Source: Octopus sinensis
Taxonomy: Eukaryota
Reading direction: 5' to 3'
Length of the DNA: 64,000 nt
Assembly: GCF_006345805.1 (NCBI RefSeq)
Contig: NC_042997.1
Span: 195,982,001-196,046,000 of the forward strand
In this document: positions 1 to 12,663 of the stretch, in pieces
Layout: each line of letters begins with the position of its first letter
Position numbering within the stretch: the first letter of the stretch is position 1
The notes under the pieces: generated by a model
Seen by the model: only the letters and a program-made list of their open reading frames with translations
The model's database searches: none
What the model was told of the DNA's origin: nothing
Translations under genes and position numbers: made by a program

Positions 1-380
1 TCATTTGACTGCGGCCATGCTTGAGCACCGCCTTTAGTCGAGCAAATTGATCCCAGGACTTATTCTTTGTAAGCCCAGTACTTATTCTATCGGTCTCTTT
101 TTGCCGAACCGCTAAGTAACGGGGACGTAAACACACCAGCACACGTCGTCAAGCAATGCTAGGGGGACAAACACAGACACACAAACACACGCACACATAC
201 ATATATATATATATACATATATACTACAGGCTCTTTCAGTTCGGTCTACCAAATCCACTCACGCATTGGTCGCCGGGGCTATAGCAGAAGACATGCCCAA
301 GATGCCACGCAGTGGGACTGAACCGGAACCATGTGGTTGGTTAGCAAGCTACTTACCACACAGCCACTCCTGCGCCTATA
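1..380 (-). mobile_element. SINE family B (tRNA-like head, internal microsatellite), 3' end cut by the window edge
   Basis: Reverse complement of the element at 36013-36422, 53265-53685 and 55195-55590 (head ggcgtaggagtggctgtgtggtaag...ggttccgggttcagtcccactgcgtggc). Confidence 0.85.
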
Positions 381-414
381 TATTTGTATGTGTGTGTGTG
401 TGTATGCAACCATC

Positions 415-532
415 TGTCTCGAGCCCGAGGCTATAGTGGATGACACTTGCCCAAATTGCCACGTAGTGGGACTGAAGCCGGAACCAACTGGTTGGTAAGC
501 ACGCTACTTATCACACAGCCACTCCTTCGCTT
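415..532 (-). mobile_element. SINE family B, head fragment
   Basis: Diverged second copy of the head found at 260-380. Confidence 0.7.
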
Positions 533-540
533 ATATATTT

Positions 541-585
541 ATGTGTGTGTGTGTGTGTGTGTGTGTGTTTGTGTGTATGCAACCA

Positions 586-628
<43 letters not shown>

Positions 629-736
629 GTCTGTCTGTCTGTCTGTCTGTCTGTCAGTCTGTCTGTCTGTCTCTTTCTCTCTATCTATCTTTCTGTCTGT
701 ATTCCTTTCTCTCTCTCTATCTATCTAACTACCTAC

Positions 737-800
<64 letters not shown>

Positions 801-802
801 TT
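541..802. repeat. Compound microsatellite (GT)n(CT)n(CTGT)n(CTAT)n
   Basis: Directly visible; it explains ORFs 447..934. Confidence 0.95.
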
Positions 803-1110
803 ATCATATGGCGGTTAAATTTGGAAGTATACTTTTGCCAACATGGGAAATATATGAAAATATTGCATAGGTTCAATAATTACATATATAGCTATTATCA
901 GTTTTCTCGCAGCTTCTATAAAATGATGAAATGAATATTAATTTTCGAAAGAAAAATAATTTATTGCCTTAAAATAAAATTAAGTGCTACTATTTTTTTA
1001 TTTGTCTACTCCTCCTATGTCACTTTCACTTACTCCCACTCCTCCCACCACCAAGCCTAGTATATGCACTTACTCTCCACTTATGCTAAATCTTTCTGTA
1101 TTTCTCTTTA

Positions 1111-1144
<34 letters not shown>

Positions 1145-1289
1145 GTATACACACTTACACACATACGTACATATAATACATAAAACACACTCACACACCC
1201 AATATATATATATATGTATATATATATAATTCGTTCAATTGTTTTCAACTTCAAAGCTGCGGTCATGCTGGGGCACTACCCTTGACTTT

Positions 1290-2330
1290 GCCACACCATT
1301 ATTTGAAACCTCCTCTGATATGTGGTATTTTATGAATGGGGGAGTTTGATGCTGCTGCCCTCATCTGGGTTTCTTGCCGCGAGGAAGGCTTATTTGGAAT
1401 CCTTAATAGCAGGAGATCCAGTTTTATTTTGAAGACACCTACATCCACACCATGCAGGTTACTCAGGCTTTTTGGAAGGGTTTTGAAGATCTGTGGGACC
1501 TTGAAACCCAATCTATTGCGGTATCTGGTCCTGTATTTTGATGGAGAGGTTGGCATCTTTGGCACTATGTAGTGACACCTCGTTCTGCTTTTTTGTGTAA
1601 CTTTCAATGCAAAAGTTTGGTACAACGCCTTCTAGTATTTTCAAGATATCACTGCATACCTTTCTCACCTTCGTTCTTAAGACAAGAGTTTTAATTCTTG
1701 CAGTCTTTCCCAGTAACTGTTATGTTGCATTTAGACGATTTTTTTTGTGTAGCTTCGCTGGATTTATTCGAGGTCTGCCATTAATTGTTTATTGTGTGGC
1801 TGAGGACGTACGCTCTCCAAAAGATTATCATTATCTCTTTTTCCTTATTTTGAAAGATTGGAGGATTCATCCAGCTAGCCGTCAGCATTTTATTACCAAA
1901 TTGGTAATATGCATTTGAAAAGATGCATCAGTGCTTTGTAACTACCCAGGTCATGCACTGATTTTGATTCAGGGATTGCAATTCCTCCTGGGCCAGTGTA
2001 TCCTGTCTGCATGTCATTCAACTTTGTGTGCTGGTAGCGCAGGACTTGGAATTTTCCTACATTAAACTACACGTTGTCTTCAGCCCACCCGTATATTGCG
2101 TCCAATCCCCATTGCAGATGTATAATATTTCTAGGATTTTGTATTGTCTGAGAGACATTTGTGTCATCTGCATACCTAGCAAGTGTGGCTATCTCAGCAG
2201 CTGAGGACATGCCTGAGAGGGCCACAAATATCAGAGGCCCTAAGACAGTGCCGTGTAGAACACCACTTGTTATTTGTGATATGAGTGATTTGAGAGATAT
2301 TTAACTCACTTTTTCCAGCTGATCCAAATA
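1290..2330 (-). pseudogene. 5'-truncated, decayed non-LTR retrotransposon (CR1-group LINE): RT domain plus C-terminus
   Basis: The minus strand at ~2150-2280 translates QITSGVLHGTVLGPLIFVALS...RYADDTNV (SGVPQGTVLGP-like and YADD motifs; YADD at 2163-2174). ORF 1299..1625 (KVPQIFKTLPKSLSNL...FKIKLDLLLLRIPNKP) resembles CR1-type C-termini. Confidence 0.85.
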
Positions 2331-2441
2331 CGCTATTAAAAGTTAATATGTGATACATAAATGTTTAATTAAAAGATATATATTTGTGACATATTCAGGA
2401 TGTGCCAAAATGGTTTGAAGCCAGAGAAGGATGACCACTAA

Positions 2442-2992
2442 GACCACTATGGGGACAACCCTCTCATATGTATGTAATACAATTTTCTGAACAATCAGAT
2501 TTGAATATGCTAGACCACTGGGCTTAAATTGATATTAATCAAAATATCCAATTTCACACCCTCATTTTAAATTTAAATTTAAAATTTAAATTAATACGTT
2601 CTCTAACCGGCAAAAGCCACTGCAGTGTATTATTTTCTGCAGTGCTATTTCCAGTATTCTAGCGCGCCAAAACGAGCACGTTTGAAAAATAGCCACAAGT
2701 GTAATAGGTAGAAATATATACATGTTCGACCTCATGCAGACGTCTCGTGTATATTTCTGCAAATTATATGTGTAATGACGATAATACTGAAGATCTACGG
2801 ACGAATTGCGCAAGTAAAATTACGTAACTGTTGATAGTGGAACAAGTTTATGGTTAATTTATATATTTGTTACTTTTTATTTGTCTTGCTCGCTTACGTT
2901 CTTGTGTTTGCTAAATTTTTCTTGAGAACTTTCCTTAGTGGTAAGACCATAGCGGATCTACTTCTAGCATAAGGGTTGTCCACATAGTGGTC
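2442..2992. mobile_element. MITE-like element with 20-bp terminal inverted repeats
   Basis: gaccactatggggacaaccc (2442-2461) and gggttgtccacatagtggtc (2973-2992) differ by 1 mismatch. Partial relatives lie at ~6131-6230 and 50701-51012 (inverted). Confidence 0.6.
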
Positions 2993-3016
2993 ATCCCTCT
3001 CGTATGTATGTAATAT

Positions 3017-3070
<54 letters not shown>

Positions 3071-3073
<3 letters not shown>

Positions 3074-3222
3074 GACGAGCGTCTTTCAGTTTCCGTCTAC
3101 CAAATCCACTCACAAGGTCGGCCCGAGGACATAGTAGAAGACACTTGCACAAGATGCCATGCAGTGGGACTGAATCCGGAACCAAATGGTTGGGAAGGAA
3201 GCTTCTTTACAAGACAGCCACT
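3071..3222 (-). mobile_element. SINE family B, head half
   Basis: Matches the family B head; abuts (TA)n at 3012-3070. Confidence 0.75.
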
Positions 3223-3439
3223 AACAATCTACCACACTATTTGATATGCAACACACTCTCAGAACTATGAATCTTTCAGTCAGACCGCTTATTTCAACGG
3301 TATGTATTTTATGTCTTAGGATACGAACTGAGGGTTTAAATAGAGTAAACTAATTGTTACATGGTAATATACTTATTGTTTATTTTCGATTGCGATAATT
3401 CATCAATTCTATAAATAAACGAGAATACTAAAAATAAAC

Positions 3440-3630
3440 TGATCGCTCTCAAAAATTAAGTGAAAAAGCAGGAAAAATATTCCCGGATCCTTGTCTAGTA
3501 CCGGATCGATCCCAAAATCTAATCAGTTCGTGCCAGTCACGAGGCCAAACATCCCTGACAGTTTCATCCGAATCCATCCTGCGAACAAACACACAAACAC
3601 GACTGAAAACAATACCTCCGCCTTCGCTAT
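3440..3630 (-). mobile_element. Short non-autonomous element, DINE-1/HINE (Helentron-associated)-like
   Basis: The minus strand starts ggcggaggtattgttttcagtcgtgtttgtgtgtttgttcgc and later has gattttgggatcgatccgg...ggatccgg, resembling the DINE-1-like layout. Recognised from memory, not by search. Confidence 0.4.
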
Positions 3631-5157
3631 TGTTTCTAATATAGGGCTGTAGTGAAGGTGGCATCGGACAAAGCGCATAGAAGAATGTCTTTTGGTTCTT
3701 TTCGTTCTGAGTTAAAATTTGCCTTTCGTCTTTTCGGAGTTACATTAGATAAGTACCAGTTGAGTATTAGGAACGATATAATTAATATACTGCTGGCCTT
3801 GTACTATAATTCGATACTATTCAAAGGTAAAAGCATCAACTCAAGATCTGTCGTCTAGTCAATTAAATCCATCAAGTATTTGCTATATATCATAGTTTCC
3901 GGTATACAAGTCGAATTTTTGAGACAATACGTACGTCCAAGAAAGGCAGATTAAAATAAGAGCCTACATCCAATACTTTTATCTAAAAAAGGCATATAAA
4001 CTAAGAGGCTATCGTAGGATCAAAATTTCCATGTGAAGTGCAACAGAACTTGAAATGAGTGACAATGTATTAATATTTACGCTACATGTTTACATTAGAT
4101 ACCATGCTGACTTATATACCTGAAAAGATGCTAGTTTATTTTGACGAACCTCGAATAAAAGGTAAATTGCCAAGGAAGAAATTGAACTTAGAACATTGAA
4201 ATGAATGATGGTAGACATTGTCATACGATCTAGTAGTTCTGCCAGCTCAGCATAGAATATCATATGTCGTGTGTTATAAGGATACATAATAATTCTTAGA
4301 GGTGGTTATGAAATAATATACGTATAGACACAGTAACAAACATGTTCATAGGTAGATATATATAAAACTTATTTGTTATATATTATAAAAATAATTTGTT
4401 CCAAAGATATTATAATCAAGTACCAACCCCGCGGATGATGGAAAACAAGGAAATAATAGCAAACTAATTCCTAGATGATATCTTGAAATATTTTAATTGT
4501 AAGTATGAGTTTTAAAAAAATAACATTTGGAAAATACGAAGTTAAAACTAAATAAATGTAAACACGACAAATGGATTAGGCTGGTAATAAACAAAAAATT
4601 AATAAATAAATAACATAACCACGTATTATGGAGCAATAACAGAAATATTAAGAAAGAGTTCTAAATGAATTGATAAAATGTTATTTTAATATCATTCCAA
4701 TATTGGAATTAAAATTAAATTCATATCTTGACATAAAAAAATATAGCAATAGTATATTAATATATATATAAAATGCAAGTCAGCCAAGATGGAAGTCGTA
4801 TTAATAATATTCCTCCTGATTATTCAGTACAGAATTACGTATAAAGCTTCAGCGATGATGTGTAGAAAGTATAATATGCATCAACATATATTATACATTT
4901 AATAATCATTGTGAATATTTGTTTAAATCTAAGCTTAATAATAAAAGTTATCAGAGTCATAAGAGTATAATATCTTACAAACACACACACACACAAGCAC
5001 AGATATATATGTGTATGTGCGTCTGTGCGTAAGCAATTGTGGACATAGATATACAACCATCTCTATCTCTCTCTCGCTGTATATATATGTATATATATAT
5101 ATATATATATATGAGTGTGTGTGCATTGGTATGTGCGTGTGTGTTTGTGTGTATATA

Positions 5158-5213
<56 letters not shown>

Positions 5214-5257
5214 ATATTTATAATAAGTGTAGATCGTATACGAGTGGGTATATATTT

Positions 5258-5582
5258 ATAAAAAAGCAGTTTGAAAACGATAAATTTGAATTTTCTTAGA
5301 AATTTTACATGTTTCGGTTCTTCTTGAAAAAACGAACCTTATCAAAAATATTTTAAAAAGTTAAGTGTAATAAAAAAGTTCATAATTGTTTCTTACTGGT
5401 CTCAACAGAATCCACGTGGTTGTTTTTACCAGTAAGAAACAATTATGAACTTTTTTATTACACTTAACTTTTTAAAATATTTTTGATAAGGTTCGTTTTT
5501 TTCAAGAAGAACCGAAACGTAAAATTTCTAAGAAGATTAAAATTTATCTTATATAGTGGCTTTTTCAAACTTCTTTTATATA
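5258..5582. repeat. Foldback hairpin element
   Basis: Near-perfect ~107-bp arms at 5294-5400 and 5428-5534 around a 27-nt loop, with degenerate outward extension. Confidence 0.9.
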
Positions 5583-5684
5583 TATATATTCTTTTATTTG
5601 TTTCAGTCATTTGACTGCGTCCACGCTGGAGCACCGCTTTTAGTCGAACAAAGTCCAACGATTACATGATACTATCACCGACCA

Positions 5685-5880
5685 CGATAACTCAGCTGTC
5701 CTCACATATTCTCTTCTACTCTAGGCACAAGGCGCGAAATTTGTGGGGTGGAGTCAGTCTATTAGATCGACCCCAGTATTCGACTGGTACTTACTTTATC
5801 AATCCCGATAGAATGAAAGGCGGAATTTGAACTCAAAACGTAAAGACAGACGAAATACCGCTAAATATTTCACCTGGCCG
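5685..5880 (-). mobile_element. SINE family C copy
   Basis: Contains tcgaccccagt...tggtac...atgaaaggcggaatttgaactc, shared with 57044-57278. Confidence 0.75.
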
Positions 5881-6048
5881 CCGTACTATCCTTATAAATA
5901 ACAACCATGGCATATCTGCAACGATGTAGAGGACCCCTAAAATATTACCACTCTGTCTTTACCGATGTTTTTGTTTTTGCTTTGTTTTGGAATATATATG
6001 TGTTCCCAAATTGTGTGGTTTTGTCTCTTTCTGTCTCTCAGCTCTTTC

Positions 6049-6094
<46 letters not shown>

Positions 6095-6342
6095 TATATA
6101 TATATATATAAAATTACAATTAATAAGAGGAATGACCACTAACGTGGATTCCTATATGCTAAAGACAGACCACTGGTTTAAATTGATGTTAATTGATTGA
6201 TATCAAATTCTTCCCTCATAATTTAATTTGTATATATATATGTATATATAAAATATTATTCGAGACAAAACCACTATTTTGCAAAACAAACAAGGAAAGA
6301 CTTAATCAATACATAAATTTTAATAAATAGTCAAAAAAACCG

Positions 6343-6385
6343 CCACTACAATCGTTTCTTGTCTTGATCGACAATCTTCAGGTGG
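6343..6385 (-). ncRNA. Minimal type I hammerhead ribozyme motif (left arm)
   Basis: Minus strand reads CCAC CUGAAGA UUGUC gaucaa GACAA GAAAC gauu GUA GUGG, with stems I, II and III and the core. Confidence 0.7.
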
Positions 6386-6899
6386 ACTTCCAATCTAAAA
6401 AATCAATATTTTAAAAAAAAAATAATAATTTTAAAATAATTAAAGTATGAATGAAAAAATATAAGTATATAATCCATACATAACCTATCTATAATCCATA
6501 TATAATCAATATATAAACAAATATAAACTAAAAAAAACCTATCAACGATTAAATATAATAAAATATAAAATATAAAATATAAAAGATAAAACAAAAAAAA
6601 AAAAAAATAATAATAATAATAATATAATATTAAACTATATATACACCCATACGCATATACCTAATTATATATAACCATATCTAACTACATACACTAAATC
6701 ACACACCTATATATATCCCTATACATACACATAAAAATGTCTAGGCAACTATAAATAAATAAAATAGCTAAATACTTCAACACAATACTTATTCATACTC
6801 CCACACACACACACACATACAACCCACATTCACACTCTAGAAAATGGACATCACTCAAAACTATGAACGGAGAAATAGAATAAATAGAATTAAAAATTA

Positions 6900-9800
6900 T
6901 ATTCACTTGGTGGTAAAACGAACACTACTTAAAAATTATGAATGAAACAATGCAATAAAACAACAGACATCGCAAATAGACACAAATTACTACAAATTCC
7001 TTATCAAACCTACCATGATAACCAAAACTCATAAAAACATATAATGATAAAATCTCCCTTTACTAAACTCTATAACAAACCTATATAGCAATCCCCCTAA
7101 CCTAAACATTCACACACAAATACACACACGTAAACTACACACCCACGACATATACAAATACCCACACCACTTACACATACCAATACATACATATAAACCT
7201 CAACATATACTCCAAAGCCCACTCAACCCCACACAGACAAATAAACACAAAAATTATGAATGGATTCTTTTATAAAACTACCATGATAAGCTAAAACTCA
7301 CAAAACAGAAATGATAAAAACCTCCCTTTACTAAACACTAAAACATACTTATATAGCAATTCCTTTAACCAATACATTCACACACAAAACCACTCGTAAA
7401 CCACACACCATAACAAATACAAACTCCCACCCCACTCACACCACACCCACAAGTACATATAAGCCTCAACATATAACACCAAACAAAATTACTTTACCAA
7501 AGAACTTAACATATATATAAAAAGTATAACCGCTCTGGAAACGAACATCTCTAAATTAATGAATGGAGAAATGGAAGAAAGAAATGGAATTAAAATAAAA
7601 TTCACGTGGCAAAACGAACACCACTCAAAAATTATGAATGAAACAATATAATAAAACAACCAACATCGAAAAAGACAAATTACTACGAATTCCCTAAAAA
7701 AAACCATGATAAACCAAAACTCTTAAAAAACATATAACGATAAAATCTCCCTTTGCTAAACTCTATAACAAACCTATATAGTAATCCCCAAACCTAAACA
7801 TTCACACACAAACACACACGTAAACCACAGACCCACGACTTATACACACATACCTAAACTAACTTATAAACCTCCATATACACCAAAACACTCCCTCCCA
7901 CACAGACAAATAACTCATACATCCCAAAACCTAAATAACAACCCATATACACATTCACACACAAACACACACACACGCAAAAAACACACACACAAACAAG
8001 ATCATATACTCCCTCACATATACGCATATACATACTCACTAAACTCAATATACAACAATATTTACACACCCACACTCATACAGATAAATAAATTATACAA
8101 CTAAAAACTCGCACACAATCTCATATACATAAACACTCCTATGAAAACAACATTAATACATCTTAATTAACCAGAATATCAAAAATAACAATATGACATA
8201 AGGTAAATAAAATACATACTTACAATTCAGTGTCAAATTATGAAGTGAAATTAAATTAAATTCTTAGCCGTTAAAAAATCAAACCAAAATTACGTTACCA
8301 TAGAAATAACTTATGTAAAAAAGACTAACAAACAACTTGCAGTAACCCAATCCCATTCTCTATGCCTACCTCACTACTACACTATTCCATTCACAATTCC
8401 AAACAACACTAGTCCACCTCCCGGTTATTCACGTGGCAAAACGAACACCACTCAAAAATTATGAATGAAACAATGTAATAAAACAACCAACATCGAAAAT
8501 AGACAAATTACCACGAATTCCCTAAAAAAACCATAAACCAAACTCCTAAAAACATATAACGATAAATCTCCCTTAGCTAAACTCAATAACAAACCTATAT
8601 AGCAATCTCCCTAACCTAAACATTCACACACAAATACACACTCGTAAACCACAGACCACGAATTATACACATACCTATACTAACTTATAAACCTCAATAT
8701 ACACCAAAACCCACTCCCTCCCACACAGACAAATTAACACATACATCCCAAAACCTAAATAACAAACCCATATACACATTCACACACAAACACACACACG
8801 AAAAACACACCACCACACAACAGATACATATACTCCCTCACATATACTCATATACATACTCACTAAACTCGATATATACAACAATATTACACACACCACA
8901 ACTCATACAGATAAATAATTATACAACTAAAAACTCGCACACAATCTCATATACATAAACACACCTATGAAAACAACATTAAATACATCGTAATTAACCA
9001 GAATATCAAAAATAACAATATGACATAAGGATAAAAAAACATACTTACAATTCAGTGTCAAATTATGAAGTGAAATTAAATTCTTAGCCGTTAAAAAAAT
9101 CAAACCAAAATTACGTTACCATAGAAATAACTTATGTAAAAAAAGAATACGCGTCATGGAAAGTAAACGTCATTTAAATTATGAATGGAGAAATAGAATA
9201 AATGGAACTAAAAACTATATCCACGTGGCAAACAACACAACTTAAAAAAATTATTATGAATGGATTCTTTAAAAAACTACCATGAAAAATCATTATATAC
9301 ATCCTTGAGCTTTAGCTCACCTTAGCAGCTCTAACAAACAACTTGCAGTAACCCAAACCATTCTCTATGCCTACCTCACTACTACACTATTCCATTCACA
9401 ATTCTAAGCAACGCTAGTCCACCACCGGTTATTCACGTGGCAAAACGAACACCACTCAAAAATTATGAATGAAACAATGTAATAAAACAACCAACATCGA
9501 AAATAGACAAATTACCACGAATTCCCTAAAATAACCATAATAAACCAAACTCATAAAAACATATTAACGATAAAATCTCCCTTTGCTAAACTCTATAACA
9601 AACCTATATAGTAATCCCCCTAAACCTAAACATTCACACACAAATACACACTCGTAAACCACAGACCCACGACTTTACACATACCTATCCTAATTTATAA
9701 ACCTCAAATACACCAAAACCCACTCCCCCCCACACAGACAAATTAACACAAACATCCCAAAACCTAAATAACAAACCCAATACACATTCACACACAAACA

Positions 9801-10455
9801 CACACACAAAAAAAACAACACACACACACAACAGATACATATACTCCCTCACATATATACTCATATATATACTCACTACACTCGATATATACAACAATAT
9901 TTACACACCCACACTCATACAGATAAATAAAATATACAACTAAAAACTCAACACAATCTCATATACATAAACACTCCTATGAAAACAACATTAAATACAT
10001 CGTAATTAACCAGAATATCAAAATAAACAATATGACATAAGGATAAATAAAATACATACTACAAGTCAATTTCAAATAATGAAGTGAAATTAAATTCTTA
10101 GCCGTTAAAAAAACCAAACCAAAATTACGTTACCATAAAATAACTTATGTAAGAAAAAGAGAGAATACGTGCCATAGAAATTAAACGTCATTTAAATTAT
10201 GAATGGAGAAATAGAATAAATGGAACTAAAAACTATATCCACGTAGCAAACCAACACTACGTAAAAAAAATTTAAATGAATGGATTCTTTAACAAACTAC
10301 CATGAAAAATCATTATATACATTTATGAGCTTTAGCTCACCCTAGCAGCTCTAACAAACAACCTACAGCAACCCAAACCTATTCCCGATTCCTACCTCAC
10401 TACCACACTAATCAATTCCCAATTCCAAACAACGCTAATCCACCACCCGGTTACA
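6900..10455 (+). repeat. AC-rich satellite with ~0.83-1.02-kb monomers and internal sub-repeats
   Basis: ttcacgtggcaaaacgaacaccactcaaaaattatgaatg recurs at ~7601, 8428 and 9432, with variants at ~6902, 9221 and 10239. Periods are ~827, ~1004 and ~1022 bp. Confidence 0.9.
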
Positions 10456-12620
10456 ATTCTCAACTCCACCCATTCATTACAATTTTTTTTTTTTTTTTAG
10501 GGAATTCGTGGTAATTTGTCTATTTTCGATGTTGGTTGTTTTATTACATTGTTTCATTCATAATTTTTGAGTGGTGTTCGTTTTGCCACGTGAATAACCG
10601 GGAGGTGGACTAGTGTTGTTTGGAATTGTGAATGGAATAGTGTAGTAGTGAGGTAGGCATAGAGAATGGGATTGGGTTACTGCAAGTTGTTTGTTAGTCT
10701 TTTTTACATAAGTTATTTCTATGGTAACGTAATTTTGGTTTGATTTTTAACGGCTAAGAATTAATTTAATTTCACTTCATAATTTGACACTGAATTGTAA
10801 GTATGTATTTTATTTACCTTTATGTCATATTGTTATTTTTGATATTCTGGTTAATTAAGATGTATTTAATGTTGTTTTCATAGGAGTGTTTATGTATATG
10901 AGATTGTGTGCGAGTTTTTAGTTGTATAATTTATTATCTGTATGAGTGTGGGTTGTGTAAATATTGTTGTATATATTGAGTTTAGTGAGTATGTATATGC
11001 GTATATGTGAGGGAGTATATGTATCTGTTGTGTGTGTGTGTTTTGCGTGTGTGTTGGTTTGTGTGTGAATGTGTATATGGGTTTGTTATTTAGGTTTGGG
11101 ATGTATGAGTTAATTTGTCTGTGTGGGAGGGAGTGGTTTTGGTGTATATGGAGGTTTATAAGTTAGTTTAGGTATGTGTATAAGTCGTGGGTCTGTGTTT
11201 ACGTGTGTGTTGTGTGTGAATGTTTAGGTTTGGGGGATTACTATATAGGTTTGTTATAGAGTTTAGCAAAGGGAGATTTTATCGTTATATTTTTTTAAGA
11301 GTTTTGGTTATCATGGTTTTTTTTAGGGAATTCGTAGTAATTTGTCTTTTTTCGATGTTGGTTGTTTTATTATATTGTTTCATTCATAATTTTTGAGTGG
11401 TGTTCGTTTTGCCACGTGAATTTTATTTTTAATTCCATTTCTTCCATTTCTCCATTCATTAATTTAGAGATGTTCGTTTCCAGAGCGGTTATACTTTTTA
11501 TATATAGTTAAGTTCTTTGGTAAAGTAATTTTGTTTGGTGTATATGTTGAGGCTTATATGTACTTGTGGGTGTGTGTGAGTGGGGTGGGAGTTTGTATTG
11601 TTATGGGTGTGTGGTTTACGAGTGGTTTTGTGTGTGAATGTATTGGTTAAAGGAATTGCTATATAAGTATGTTTTGTGTTTAGTAAAGGGAGGTTTTATC
11701 ATTTCTGTTTTGTGAGTTTTAGCTTATCATGGTAGTTTTATAAAAGAATCCATTCATAATTTTTGTGTTTATTTGTCTGTGTGGGGTTGAGTGGGCTTTG
11801 GAGTATATGTTGAGGTTTATATGTATGTATTGGTATGTGTAAGTGTTGTGGGTTTATTATTTGTATAGTCGTGGGGTGTAGTTTACGTGTGTGTATTTGT
11901 GTGTGAATGTTTAGGTTAGGGGGATTGCTATATAGGTTTGTTATAGAGTTTAGTAAAGGGAGATTTTATCATTATATGTTTTTATGAGTTTTGGTTATAA
12001 TGGTAGGTTGATAAGGAATTTGTAGTAATTTGTGTCTATTTGCGATGTCTGTTGTTTTATTGCATTGTTTCATTCATAATTTTTAAGTAGTGTTCGTTTT
12101 ACCAAGTGAATATAATTTTTAATTCTATTTATTCTATTTCTCCGTTCATAGTTTTGAGTGATGTCCATTTTCTAGAGTGTGAATGTGGGTTGTATGTGTG
12201 TGTGTGTGGGAGTATGAATAAGTATTGTGTTGAAGTATTTAGCTATTTTATTTATTTATAGTTGCCTAGACATTTTTATGTGTATGTATAGGGATATATA
12301 TATAGGTGTGTGATTTAGTGTATGTAGTTAGATATGGTTATATATAATTAGGTATATGCGTATGGGTGTTGTATATATAGTTTAATATTATATATTATTT
12401 TTTTTTTTTTTTGTTTTATCTTTATATTTTATATTTTATATTTTATATTTTATATTTAATCGTTGATAGGTTTTTTTAGTTTATATATTGTTTATATATT
12501 GATTATATATGGATTATAGATAGGTTATATATGGATTATATACTTATATTTTTTCATTCTACTTTAATTATTTTAAAATTATTATTTTATTTTTAAAATA
12601 TGATTTTTTAGATTGGAAGT

Positions 12621-12663
12621 CCACCTGAAGATTGTCGATCAAGACAAGAAACGATTGTAGTGG
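12621..12663 (+). ncRNA. Minimal type I hammerhead ribozyme motif (right arm)
   Basis: ccac(12621) ctgaaga(12625) ttgtc gatcaa gacaa gaaac(12648) gatt gta(12657-12659) gtgg. Confidence 0.7.

Noticed and set aside
2780-2825. CUGAAGA-UC(UACG)GA followed by palindrome UUGCGCAA, resembling a hammerhead
   Set aside because: It lacks GAAA and stem I, and the homologue at ~50890-50925 does not conserve the 3' core.
6403-9897. Hydrophobic F/V/L/C-rich minus-strand ORFs that superficially resemble mitochondrial membrane proteins
   Set aside because: They are explained by the GT-rich composition of a tandem satellite, are short, are not conserved between monomers and have no recognisable motif.
7090-11930. 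Scattered CCCTAA/TTAGGG-like hexamers suggesting a telomere-associated (Athena/Terminon-like) element
   Set aside because: There are no tandem telomeric arrays, such hexamers are expected from the skewed composition, and the hammerhead-sense strand is GT-rich rather than AC-rich.
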